Origin: an uncultured delta proteobacterium
GTDB taxonomy: Bacteria; Myxococcota_A; Polyangia; Polyangiales; Polyangiaceae
Assembly: GCA_963806225.1 (NCBI GenBank)
Contig: CAWDXG010000004.1
Location: forward strand, 2,976,001-3,040,000
Direction of reading: 5' to 3'
DNA length: 64,000 nt
Positions 13,867 through 25,048 of this stretch are shown in pieces. The notes under the pieces were generated by a model, which made no database searches, was not told the DNA's origin, and was given only the letters and a program-made list of their open reading frames with translations. The position numbers and the translations under genes are program-made. Every line of letters begins with the position of its first letter. The first letter of the stretch is position 1.

Positions 13867-15287
13867 ATGACGGATATGACTGCGGACGCGAAACCCAGCC
13901 ACGGCGGCCCCGGGCACGGCCACGATCATGAAGACGCCGTCCACGCGGAGAACCCGCACCTCCAGCACCACTTCGACACGCCCCAGCAGCAGTTCGATGC
14001 CGGCAAGCTGGGCATCTGGCTGTTCCTGGTAACGGAGATCCTGTTCTTCAGCGGGCTGTTCTGCGCGTACACGATCTACCGCGCCGAGCACCCCGAGGTC
14101 TTCATCTTCGCCCACTACTACCTGAGCGCAACGCTCGGTGGTGTGAACACGGCGGTGCTGATCCTCAGCAGCCTCACGGCGGCGTGGGCGGTGCGCAACG
14201 CGCAGCTCCAGCAGCACAGGATGCTGGTGGTGAACATCCTGATCACCATCGCGTGCGCCGCGACGTTCATCGTCATCCACGTGAACGAGTACTTCGAGCA
14301 CTACCACGCGGGGCTGATGTGGACGGACTGCGAGTCCACCAAGGGCAAGGCGCCCGAACGACTCAAGTTCGGTGTGTGCTTCAAGCCGAAGGAGCACGTC
14401 TGGGAGACCGAGACCTTCAAGGAAGAGCACCCGGAGTCGGCGAAGTTCGCCGAGAAGCTGTACGAAGAGGAGAAGGCGCAGAAGTCCGCCGATGTGGCGC
14501 CCCTGCCGACTCCGGCCGCTGCAAAGGTCGAGTTCGCCTCCCTGACGGCTGCGGAGGCCAGGGCCGGACGGACGGTGCCCGCGGCGGCATCTGCGGTTCC
14601 CGCCGCCCCGGGCAGCGCCGCGTCAGCCACGGCTCCCGCACCGGCTCCGCCCGTGAAGAAGACAGAGCACAAGGCGGCGAAGCCAAAGACCGAAGAGGCG
14701 GCACCCGCGCCGGGCGCTCCTGCGGCCCCTGCGCCAAGCGCAAGTGCCGCTGCCGCTCCGGGCGCGAGCGCCAGCGCCGCACCCGCACGGAGCGCTTCGG
14801 CGGCCCCTGCGCCAAGCGCAAGTGCCGCTGCCGCTCCGGGCGCGAGCGCCAGCGCCGCACCCGCGCCGGCTGCTGCGCCCGCGGCACCGAAGGCGGCAGC
14901 CCCGGCCGCTGCAGACAAGGGCGAGGGCACCGCAGACTATCGAAGCACTGGCGGCGGAGGAATCACGCTCCGGCACGATCGAAACGGATCTCGGCAAGAA
15001 GATCCAGCCGCTGGTCGACGCCGGCGTGATCGGGCCGATGTCGGCCGGCGGCGTCAGCTATCCGAAGGAATGGGCACGTCTTCTTCGCGCTCTACTTCTT
15101 CATGACCGGACTGCACAGCTTCCACGTGTTCGCCGGCATCATCGTGTGGCTGTGGATGCTGGCACGCGCCCTGAAGAAGCAGTTCGGCCCGACGTACTTC
15201 GGACCCATCGACTACGCGGCGCTGTACTGGCACCTGGTCGACATGATCTGGATCTACCTCTTCCCCCTCCTCTACCTGATCCGCTAG
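13867..15287 (+). CDS. ctaE: Cytochrome c oxidase subunit III with a long loop insertion; frameshift(s) near 14940-15080
   Basis: [30 protein letters not shown], and C-terminal [28 protein letters not shown]. Confidence 0.88.
14722..14864 (+). repeat. 65-bp exact direct repeat (period 78) encoding [21 protein letters not shown]
   Basis: 14722-14786 is identical to 14800-14864. Confidence 0.9.
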
Positions 15288-15303
15288 GACGCTCGAGGCA
15301 GAC

Positions 15304-16035
15304 ATGGCAAAGGACGAAGACAAGGCGAAGGACGACGTGAAGGACGACGCCGACACGGCCGAGCGCGAAGAGGCGAAGGCGGAAGCCAAGGGCGAAGAAG
15401 CCGAAGCCAAGGACGAGAAGTCCGGCGACGAGCCCGAAGCCAAGGACGAGAAGTCCGGCGACGAGCCCGAAGCCAAGGACGAGAAGTCCGGCGACGAGCC
15501 CGAAGCCAAGGACGAGAAGTCCGAGGACGACGACAGCGAGTCCGGGGACGACGAGGAGGACGAGGCCTCGACCGGGTCGCGCGACGAGGACGAGGACGCG
15601 GACGAGGAGGAAGTCGCAGCGGCTTCCGGACCGGCGAGCGGCCACGTGGCCGCCGCGGCGGCCCACGCCGGGCACGGCCACGACGAGCTCGCCCACATTA
15701 CGCCCGTGTCCCTCCTGTTCAAGGTGTGGGGCGCGCTGATGGTGTTCACGTTCCTGACCGTGGGAGCCTCGTACATCGACTTCGGCGGGCAGACCAACCT
15801 GGTGGTCGCGATGCTGATCGCCACCGTCAAGGCGTCGCTGGTCGTCGTGTTCTTCATGCACCTGCGCTGGGATCGGCGCTTCCACGCCCTCACGTTCCTG
15901 AGCGGCTTCCTGTTCGTGATCCTGTTCATCGGGCTCGCGCTGACCGATCGCGCCGAATACCAGCCGATGGTCAAAGCCTACCAGGACGCCCAGGCGAACC
16001 AGCACGGCGGGCTGCGTCTCGGTCCCCAGCCCTGA
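15304..16035 (+). CDS. ctaF: Cytochrome c oxidase subunit IV (caa3 CtaF-like) with an acidic N-terminal extension
   Basis: VWGALMVFTFLTV, IATVKASLVVVFFMHLRWD; about 105-aa D/E/K-rich N-terminus. Confidence 0.88.
   Translation: MAKDEDKAKDDVKDDADTAEREEAKAEAKGEEAEAKDEKSGDEPEAKDEKSGDEPEAKDEKSGDEPEAKDEKSEDDDSESGDDEEDEASTGSRDEDEDADEEEVAAASGPASGHVAAAAAHAGHGHDELAHITPVSLLFKVWGALMVFTFLTVGASYIDFGGQTNLVVAMLIATVKASLVVVFFMHLRWDRRFHALTFLSGFLFVILFIGLALTDRAEYQPMVKAYQDAQANQHGGLRLGPQP
15403..15523 (+). repeat. 33-bp tandem repeat x3.7 (EAKDEKSGDEP)
   Basis: GAAGCCAAGGACGAGAAGTCCGGCGACGAGCCC at 15403, 15436, 15469 and partial at 15502. Confidence 0.95.
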
Positions 16036-16066
16036 TCGGGCCGGGGTGCTGGCAGCCGCAGCGCCG

Positions 16067-17558
16067 CTAGCGCTTCCACACCGCGTCGACGATGCGATCG
16101 ACGACGCGGTCGATGTGGTGACGGGTGGCGTTGTGCGGCATGCCGCCGTTCGACGATGAACGAGAACGCGATGGCGCCCTGGCCCGACGGCTCGAGCACG
16201 TAGCCGGACAGCGCGATCGAGCGCGCCAGGGTGCCCGTCTTCGCGCGCACCATGCGCTCGCTCCGGTACTTCCGGAAGCGCGAATGCAGCGTGCCGTCGA
16301 CACCGCCGACCGAGAGCTGCGCGACGTATTCGGGACCGATCGCCGGATCGCGGTACGCGCTGACCAGCACCTTCGCCAGCGTGGCGCTGCTGACGCGGTT
16401 GGCGTCGAACAGCCCTGAACCGTTGACGATCTTCGTCGTGCTCTCCAGCGCGCCGATCTGTTGCGAGGTAGTCCCGGACGGCCTTCGCGCCGTCGGAGCT
16501 GTGCGCCGGCGCGTGAGTGGTCTCCGCGCCCAGCGTCTTCAGGATCATCTCGGCGTAGAAGTTGTCGCTCTTCTTGCCGAGCTGCTGCACCAGCACGGAC
16601 AGCGGCGCGGACTCGTGGAAGACCAGACGCGCGTGCTCGCCCTCGCCGCCGGCAGCGACCTTGCCCGACAGCTGGACGCCGAGCGAGCGCAGGATCGTCC
16701 GCCAGCACGTAGCCGGGAAACAACCGTGGGTCGTCGACGCGCCGCGCGAAGCGGAGCCGCGGCAGCCGCTCGGCGAGGTGACCGCCGAGCATGCACGCAG
16801 CCGCTGTGATCCGCGGCCGGATGCAGAGAGAGGCGGACATCCTGTCCCTTGCCGGCCTCGACCGTGCCGACGCTTCCGGAAACCTCGACGAATCCCGGCG
16901 GGTCGAACCAGGCGTTGGCGCGGCATGTCCGGCGGTTGCCGGCATCACGTTCAGGGTCACGGAGTTCTCGTCCAGTGCGACGGCGCTGACCGGAGCGCGG
17001 AACGAGGCCCACTCGTTCGGCTGCTGCCCGAACGCCGGCGGCACGTACTCTGCGTCGAAGCGGCTCTGGTCGACCAGGATCCGTCCACTCACCCGCGACA
17101 GACCCATCTCCAGCAGCGAGCGGCACATCCGCCACAGGTCGTCCGTACGCAGCGACGGATCGCCGTGGCCACGCAACACCAGATCCCCCACGGCGCCCGC
17201 CTTCGAGATGCCCGTAGAGCCCGGTGGTGTAGCGATAGTCGGGGCCCAGGCGGGACAGCGCAGCCGCGGCGGTGAGCAACTTGGAGTTCGAGGCCGGACT
17301 GAGCGCCAGGTGCTCGCCCGAGGAGGCCAGAAGCTTTCCGCGGTTCACATCCATGACCGCGACGCCCAGTCGCCCGTGGTGTTGCTTCACCCAGCCCCCG
17401 AGCTCGTCCACTGCGTGCTGCAGGGAAGCGGATCGGGCGTCCGCCGCGCTCCTCCGGGCGGACGGAGTCTCGGCGAGCGCTGGGCGCTCCGCCACGGAAG
17501 CGGCACCAAGACCGAGCAGAAACAGGACGGCGAGCGCTCGGCGCGGTAGGGATCGCAT
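16067..17558 (-). CDS. dacB: D-alanyl-D-alanine carboxypeptidase/endopeptidase (PBP4, peptidase S13); several frameshifts
   Basis: Signal peptide; SxxK (PASNSK), GDLVLRGHGDPSL, SxN (KKSDNFYAE), KTG (AKTGTL) found in successive frames. Confidence 0.88.
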
Positions 17559-17585
17559 GTAGCCAGCGTTACCGTGCCTTTCCCC

Positions 17586-19106
17586 ATGTGCTCCAGAAAT
17601 CAGCAAAATTCGCCGAAATCCGCCGCGCTGTGGCTCGCCGCAGCGCTCGCGGCGGTGCTCGGCGGATGCCACCCCGCCCGGAGCGGGGGCTCTGGGCGGG
17701 CGCTCGAGATCCTGGCGCCGACCGATGTGGCCACGCTCGATCCGCGATTTTCAACCCGGGCGCTCGACATCAAGATCACCCGGCTCGTGCACGCCGGGCT
17801 CGTGGGTCTGGATCCGACGACTCTGGCGCCCATCCCGCTGGTCGCGGCGCGCTGGCACTTCGCCGACGATCGCACGCTGCACGTCACGCTCAAGCGCGGC
17901 GTGCATTTCCACAGCGGGCGCGCGCTCTCGCCGCAAGACGTGTGCGCCACGCTGGCCGCGCTGAACGACCCGGCGCTCGGCAGCCCGCACCGCGCCGTCG
18001 TGCGCGCCATCGGCAGTTGCCGCGAGGAAGGCCCACGGGAGCTCGTCATCCAACTGGCGCATCCGAGAGCCACGCTCCTGACCGATCTGGAGGTGCCGAT
18101 CCTGCGCGCCGACCAGGCGCGCCTGCCCCCGCGGCCCGACGGCAATCTCGACGGCCTGGGACCATTCCGCATCCGGCACGTCGACGAGGGCGCGGTGGAG
18201 CTCGGGCCGGCCGACACTGGCGTGATGCCGCGCCCCCGCCACAGCGTCGTCATCCGGACCGTCCACGACGAGAACGCGCGGGCGCTCCGTCTGCTCGCCG
18301 GCCGCGCCGACATCGCCGTGAACGCCATCTCGCCCGCGCTCTTGCCCGCGCTGGAAGGGCGTCACGGCCTGTCCGTGGTGTCGCGCCCCGGCGCGAACGT
18401 CACCTACCTGCTCATGCACAACGAGCGGCCACCCTTCGACCGCGTCGAGGTACGCCGCGCCGTAGCGCGCGCGATCGATCGGACCAAACTGGTGCGCACC
18501 CTGCTTTCGGGTCATGCCAAGGTCGCCAGCCAGATCTTTCCGCCGGGCCACTGGGCGCATGCGTCCGGGCTGCACCCCGAGCCGTTCGATCCCGGCCGCG
18601 CCCGCCGCGTGCTGCACACGTTGCCCCCGGTCACGCTGCTCACCAGCACCGATCGCGCCCGCATCACCATTGCGAGGGCCGTCGCACAGATGCTGGGCGA
18701 CGCCGGCCTCCAGGTGCGGGTGGTGCCGCTCGACCTCGGCGTGATGCTCGAGCGTCTCGACGGCGGCGACTACCAGATGGCCACCCTGGAGATGCCGGAG
18801 CTGACCGAGCCGAACATCCTCAAGTGGTTCTTCGATCCGAAGGGGGTGCCGGGAGAGGGCGGCGAAGGGCGCAACCGCGCCCGCTACCGCTCCCCCGAAG
18901 CCGGGGCACTGCTGGAGGCCGCCTCGACCACGCGCGACCAGTCCGTGCGGGCCGGCCTCTACGTCCGGCTGGCCCGCCTGATGGCGGACGACATGCCGGT
19001 CATCCCCCTGTGGCACGAGGACCAGATCGCCGTCCTCTCGCCTCGCGCGCGCGGCTTCAGGCCCAGCGCGGAAGGCCGCTGGCTCTCGGTCGCGAAGCTG
19101 CCCTGA
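17586..19106 (+). CDS. ABC transporter substrate-binding lipoprotein, family 5 (DppA/OppA-like)
   Basis: Lipobox LGGC; TLDPRF, GLGPF, PFDRVEVRRAVARAIDR, DMPVIPLWH. Confidence 0.85.
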   Translation: MCSRNQQNSPKSAALWLAAALAAVLGGCHPARSGGSGRALEILAPTDVATLDPRFSTRALDIKITRLVHAGLVGLDPTTLAPIPLVAARWHFADDRTLHVTLKRGVHFHSGRALSPQDVCATLAALNDPALGSPHRAVVRAIGSCREEGPRELVIQLAHPRATLLTDLEVPILRADQARLPPRPDGNLDGLGPFRIRHVDEGAVELGPADTGVMPRPRHSVVIRTVHDENARALRLLAGRADIAVNAISPALLPALEGRHGLSVVSRPGANVTYLLMHNERPPFDRVEVRRAVARAIDRTKLVRTLLSGHAKVASQIFPPGHWAHASGLHPEPFDPGRARRVLHTLPPVTLLTSTDRARITIARAVAQMLGDAGLQVRVVPLDLGVMLERLDGGDYQMATLEMPELTEPNILKWFFDPKGVPGEGGEGRNRARYRSPEAGALLEAASTTRDQSVRAGLYVRLARLMADDMPVIPLWHEDQIAVLSPRARGFRPSAEGRWLSVAKLP

Positions 19107-19142
19107 CTTGCGTTCCCGCGCCGATGCGGCCAAAAGGGGCTG

Positions 19143-19697
19143 GTGACCGCCTCGTCGAAGTCCCGCCCGTTGACCGCGCTGCTCGCCGCGGCAGCGGCTG
19201 TCGCCGTGCTGGGCATCGGCACGAACGCGCGCGCCGACGAGCCGGTGCGGCCCCAGCGCCACGACGTCGGCGTCTACCCCACCACCTCGACGCGGCTGCC
19301 GCTGTTCCTGATCGGAGCCGGCACGACGGCGGTGTTCTACGGCGCAGCGGTGGGCCCGTCGTACCTCTGGCCGACCGCTCCGGGCGCCAGCGATCTGCGC
19401 ATCCCCATCGCCGGCCCCTTCATGGCGCTCGGCAAGACAGGCTGCGCCAAGGACGACCCGGGTTGCAGCACGCTGATCGTCGTGCTGCGCGCGCTCCTCA
19501 CGGGCATCGACGGCGTCGGCCAGGTTGGCGGCCTGGGGTTCATGGGCGAAGCGCTGTTCCTGCCCACCACGGTCGACTCGCCCGCCGCAGCGCGCCGACG
19601 CCGCCGACTCGAGAGCGCTCGCTCGTTCGAGATCCACCCGGTTCCGATCATGTCCGGCAAGGACGGCGTCGGACTCGGCGTGATCGGCCGCTTCTAG
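19143..19697 (+). CDS. Hypothetical secreted/membrane protein
   Basis: Signal peptide (..NARA), hydrophobic segments, IPIAGPF, Cys pair, C-terminal GLGVIGRF. Confidence 0.65.
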   Translation: MTASSKSRPLTALLAAAAAVAVLGIGTNARADEPVRPQRHDVGVYPTTSTRLPLFLIGAGTTAVFYGAAVGPSYLWPTAPGASDLRIPIAGPFMALGKTGCAKDDPGCSTLIVVLRALLTGIDGVGQVGGLGFMGEALFLPTTVDSPAAARRRRRLESARSFEIHPVPIMSGKDGVGLGVIGRF

Positions 19698-19795
19698 CCT
19701 TCGCCCTCGCTGCAGGTTTGCAGCCGTGGCGGTGTCCGCCCCGCACAGCCGCGAATAGCGTTGCGCCCGCGTAGCCGCGACGGCAGCGTGGCGAC

Positions 19796-21220
19796 GTGAA
19801 ACACCTGCTGTTGCCAGTCTTGTTCGTGTGCGCGGGCGCCGTCGCCTGCAGCGGTTCGCACGAGGTATCGATCACCGACCACGACTCGGGCGCGGCGGGC
19901 AGCGGCGGCGCGGCAGGCAGCGCCGGTGCGGCGGGCAGCGGTGGCGCCGCGGGAACGGACGGCGGAGCGGGGACCGCGGGGACAGGCGGCGCCGCCGGCA
20001 GCGGCGGCAGCGCGGGCAACAGCGGGGTGCCAACGCAGAGCATCAGCCAGTCTTCCCTGTCCGCCGTGGAGACCGAAACGAACCTGGCCGTCGCGGACAA
20101 CGGCTACGTCGTCGCCACCTGGATCGGCATCCAGCCCACGCAGCACTCGCACAGCGGCTACGCCTTCAGCAAGAACGACGGACAGACCTGGATGCCGCCG
20201 CAGAAGCTGGAAGCGCCGGGCGGGCGCACATCGAGCGATCCCGTCGTCGCGGCGGCGCCCGACTCGAGCTTCTACCTGGCGTGGATCGCCTTCCAGCGCG
20301 ACGCGCAGGGCAATCCCTACGACATGCGCGTGTACGTCTCCAAGGCCGCCGCGGGAGACACCAGCTTCGGCGCGCCGCAGGATATCGCCGGCGCCATCAC
20401 CTCCGACGCGATCGACAAGCCGTGGGTGACGGTGGCGCCCGACGGCACGGTCTACGTGACCTGGCTCGACACTGGCAGCCAGTCGAAGAACCTGTCGCCC
20501 CGCATGCGGGTCGCGGTGAGCGAAGACCAGGGACAGACCTGGAACATCTATCCGATCGACAGTGGACAGGGCGGTTTCCGCAACCTGATCTACCCGTGCG
20601 TCGACGACGTGACCGGCCGCGTCTACGTCACCTATCACCCGGGCGGCGGCATCGGGCTGCGCTGGAGCGACGACAAAGGGAAGACCTGGCCCGGCGCCAC
20701 GGCGGTCGCGTCGCAGTCCGATCCGAAATCCATGTTCGACGATCCAACCTGCGCAGCGCACAACGGCGAGGTGTGGGTGACCTATGGCGTCGGCACCGAT
20801 CCGTTCACCGAAACGGACAACGCCCGCTCCGATCAAATCCGCGTCGCCCATTCCAGCGACGCCGGACAGAGCATCGCCGACCGCCATTTCGCGGAGGATG
20901 CAACGGCGGGCACGAAATTCCTGCACGCGCAGATGGCACGCGAAGCGAGCGGCGCGCTGGACATCCTCTACTACGCCGGAAGCGACCAGAATCCCGATTC
21001 GGCCGGCAGCGTGAGGCTTTCGCAATCGACCGACAAGGGCAAGACGTGGAGCTCGAGCCTCGTGGTCAAGGCGCCGATCACTTTCCTTTCCACGCGCGGC
21101 GATCAGCGCTGGCTCGGCGACTACATCGGCCTCGCTGTGCACAGCGGCAAGGCGTACGGCAGCTTCGCCGACAACACATCCGGCACGTCGCACGTCGAGT
21201 TTTTCGTGCACACATTCTAG
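19796..21220 (+). CDS. Sialidase-like Asp-box (BNR) beta-propeller lipoprotein
   Basis: Lipobox AVAC, Gly/Ala linker, Asp-boxes SKNDGQTW, SEDQGQTW, SDDKGKTW, SSDAGQS, STDKGKTW; C-terminal GDYIGL. Confidence 0.85.
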   Translation: MKHLLLPVLFVCAGAVACSGSHEVSITDHDSGAAGSGGAAGSAGAAGSGGAAGTDGGAGTAGTGGAAGSGGSAGNSGVPTQSISQSSLSAVETETNLAVADNGYVVATWIGIQPTQHSHSGYAFSKNDGQTWMPPQKLEAPGGRTSSDPVVAAAPDSSFYLAWIAFQRDAQGNPYDMRVYVSKAAAGDTSFGAPQDIAGAITSDAIDKPWVTVAPDGTVYVTWLDTGSQSKNLSPRMRVAVSEDQGQTWNIYPIDSGQGGFRNLIYPCVDDVTGRVYVTYHPGGGIGLRWSDDKGKTWPGATAVASQSDPKSMFDDPTCAAHNGEVWVTYGVGTDPFTETDNARSDQIRVAHSSDAGQSIADRHFAEDATAGTKFLHAQMAREASGALDILYYAGSDQNPDSAGSVRLSQSTDKGKTWSSSLVVKAPITFLSTRGDQRWLGDYIGLAVHSGKAYGSFADNTSGTSHVEFFVHTF

Positions 21221-21425
21221 GGAGCGCACGCGCTGCCCGGCCCCGTGAAACAGCCGAAACGTTCCACGGGCCGCGGCGGCCCGCACCCGCGTGTCGCCCT
21301 GCCACGGCGCGCCACACAGGCCCCGGTGCGGGACGCGCGGGAATCACGCCACGATCAGCCGCGCCAAAATCCAGGGTGCGAAATGAGCCCAGGAGTGATA
21401 AGAGCCCTCTGATGGAGGCCGTACG

Positions 21426-23108
<1,683 letters not shown>

Positions 23109-23123
23109 ACCGCTTTACGCGAT

Positions 23124-23681
23124 TCAAAGCGCCTTCCTTCGCGCTGCGGCCCATTGGGCCTCGAGCCCGAGCTGCTCGACCCACTTTTCCACGTAGCCGC
23201 GGTCGAGCCGGTCGCCCTGCAGCCGGAGGATGCCGGCTGCGTCCTCGATCTGGCGCTCGGATGCGCCGAGCTTCGCCCACTCGAGCTTGGCGATCAGCAC
23301 GTCCTCGGCTGAAGCCACGCTCAGCGGAACGTTCTCGACTTCGAGAATGGTCCGACGCGAGAATTCCTCGCGACTGAAGTCGCGCGCCTTCATGATGATG
23401 AAATCGACCTTCCAGCCTGTGGCGAAGTCGATCACATTGAACTGGCTCTGGTGCGACAATGCCTCCAGAGCCGCATCCTCGCTCACGTAGTACTCGGTGT
23501 CGGGGAGCTTCTGGAGCAGGGCAAGGAGCTGGGCGCGGCTCGGAGCGATGACGATGTCGATATCCTGCGTCGCCCGTGGCTGTCCGTGGAGCGAGCTCGC
23601 GTAGGAACCCGTCAACATGTACGGGATGGCGCAAGCCTCCAGCACATCTCGAAGCCTCGCCAGTAGATCGGGAATGCTCAA
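23124..23681 (-). CDS. Pol-beta-superfamily nucleotidyltransferase (AbiEii/DUF6036-like), putative toxin
   Basis: IPYMLTGSYASSLHGQPRATQDIDIV (G-S..G.PR.T.D.D motif), KVDF, SAEDVLIAKL. Confidence 0.75.
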   Translation of the reverse strand: MSIPDLLARLRDVLEACAIPYMLTGSYASSLHGQPRATQDIDIVIAPSRAQLLALLQKLPDTEYYVSEDAALEALSHQSQFNVIDFATGWKVDFIIMKARDFSREEFSRRTILEVENVPLSVASAEDVLIAKLEWAKLGASERQIEDAAGILRLQGDRLDRGYVEKWVEQLGLEAQWAAARRKAL

Positions 23682-23899
23682 CGCCGCTCCGGGGCGACGC
23701 CGTACAGCTCGCGCATCAGCTCGGCGTCGACGCCGGCTTCATCGAGCTCGGGGTGCCGTGCCCGGATGCCCGCCTTGGCGAAGCTGCGCACGGTCTCGCT
23801 CATCTCCACCGCGAGCCGGAAGCGCCCCTGTTCCCCCAACCGCCGGTGGATTTCGAGCTGCACCCGCGCCGCCTCGAGCGTCGTGTCCAGGGTCGGCAT
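23678..23899 (-). CDS. Small helical protein translationally coupled to the NTase, putative antitoxin
   Basis: 73 aa, DTT..A..VQ..GIRARHPE..LYG; 4-nt overlap with the downstream gene. Confidence 0.7.
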   Translation of the reverse strand: MPTLDTTLEAARVQLEIHRRLGEQGRFRLAVEMSETVRSFAKAGIRARHPELDEAGVDAELMRELYGVAPERR

Positions 23900-24051
23900 G
23901 GCGCGATGGAGCGTAGCATGCCGTCAGCGGGCAGCGTGCTCATCGCGGCGGGGCGCGAGGGGGCCACACGAAGGGCCGAAGGGCCGAAGGTTTTATGGGG
24001 GGTCGAGTGTTGGGGCGGCGGAGCGCGGCTAGTCCAGCGGGTGGGCCGCGG

Positions 24052-24960
24052 TCATCGCGGCGCGGCGGCGCGCCCGCTGTCGTAGAGCACGCGGATGGCG
24101 AGCCCCTCGCCGGGGCGCGCGCCGAGCTGGAGCACCACGCTGCGCCCGCCGGGCCAGCGCCATGTCTCGCGGCGGTACGCCGTGCCCGAACGCAGACAGT
24201 CGAGGAACGCTTTCCGCTTCCGGCACGCATCGGGTTGCACGACGTGGCTGTCGTCCGGGTTCCGCCATTCGCGCTGCAGCTCGTCGTGGTACGCGCGGAA
24301 TGCGCGCAGCCAGAGAGCGGCGTCGTTGCTGTCCGAGCGCGACGAAAGCTCCGCGCTCTCCACGCGCCCGTCTGCAACGCGCACGCGCACCGTCACTCCC
24401 GGCGCCGGCACGCGCCCCGGCACGCCGCCGCAAGAGAATCCGTCGGGCTCCGGTGTCGCCCGGTAGCCCGACCACGCGCACACCGAGCGCGCCTGCTGCT
24501 CCGGCATCCCGAACGCGAAGCCCCATCCCGCCCAGGGGCCGCGCTGGGCGAAGCGGAGCTCGGCCAGGTCGCGCTGATCCATCGCGTGAAGCCGACGCCG
24601 CTTCGCCTCGCGCTTCGCCTCGCGCTTCGCCTCGCGCTTCGCATTCCGCTTCGCGTCCTGGCAGTCCGAATGCGCCACGAAGCCCGCCACGGCAGATGCG
24701 CCGAAGCCGAGCGCAGTCACTGCCGCCAGCACCCCTTCCGCGTTCCGGGTCTGCTGGTCGTCGCCAGGACCAGGCGGGCTCAGCAGGAGCGCGGAAAGGC
24801 CCGCACCGATCGCCAGATCCGCGGCCGGAAACCCGGCAGACGCGTGGCAGCTCCCATCCCGGGGATTGTCCGGGGGCCGCGAGAAGCAGATCGAGCAGCC
24901 GCTCGTCGCCGCGGCCGCCGCGAACATCACCGAGGCCGCTGCCGCCGCCATGGTTCGCAT
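24052..24960 (-). CDS. Hypothetical lipoprotein
   Basis: Hydrophobic leader ending TSGC; several Cys; AKRE repeats. Confidence 0.55.
   Translation of the reverse strand: MRTMAAAAASVMFAAAAATSGCSICFSRPPDNPRDGSCHASAGFPAADLAIGAGLSALLLSPPGPGDDQQTRNAEGVLAAVTALGFGASAVAGFVAHSDCQDAKRNAKREAKREAKREAKRRRLHAMDQRDLAELRFAQRGPWAGWGFAFGMPEQQARSVCAWSGYRATPEPDGFSCGGVPGRVPAPGVTVRVRVADGRVESAELSSRSDSNDAALWLRAFRAYHDELQREWRNPDDSHVVQPDACRKRKAFLDCLRSGTAYRRETWRWPGGRSVVLQLGARPGEGLAIRVLYDSGRAAAPR
24599..24654. repeat. 12-bp tandem repeat (CGCTTCGCCTCG x3 plus degenerate copies) encoding AKRE
   Basis: Read directly from the sequence. Confidence 0.85.
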
Positions 24961-25048
24961 GGGTGAAAAGCAAGCCCTCCGACCCCTATTGTGGGAGCGA
25001 TCAACCCCTCATGCAAGCCGGGCGGCGTGCCCGGCGCGAACCCCGTGC

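Noticed and set aside
15403..15523. CRISPR-like 33-bp repeats
   Set aside because: Head-to-tail with no spacers, in frame within a CDS, and no cas genes in the window.
19880..20030. Gly/Ala/Ser/Thr low-complexity tracts (also 45720-45950, 54720-54860, 62130-62340)
   Set aside because: Ordinary flexible linkers of myxobacterial lipoproteins, with no conserved core motif unlike the NLVxPP repeats.
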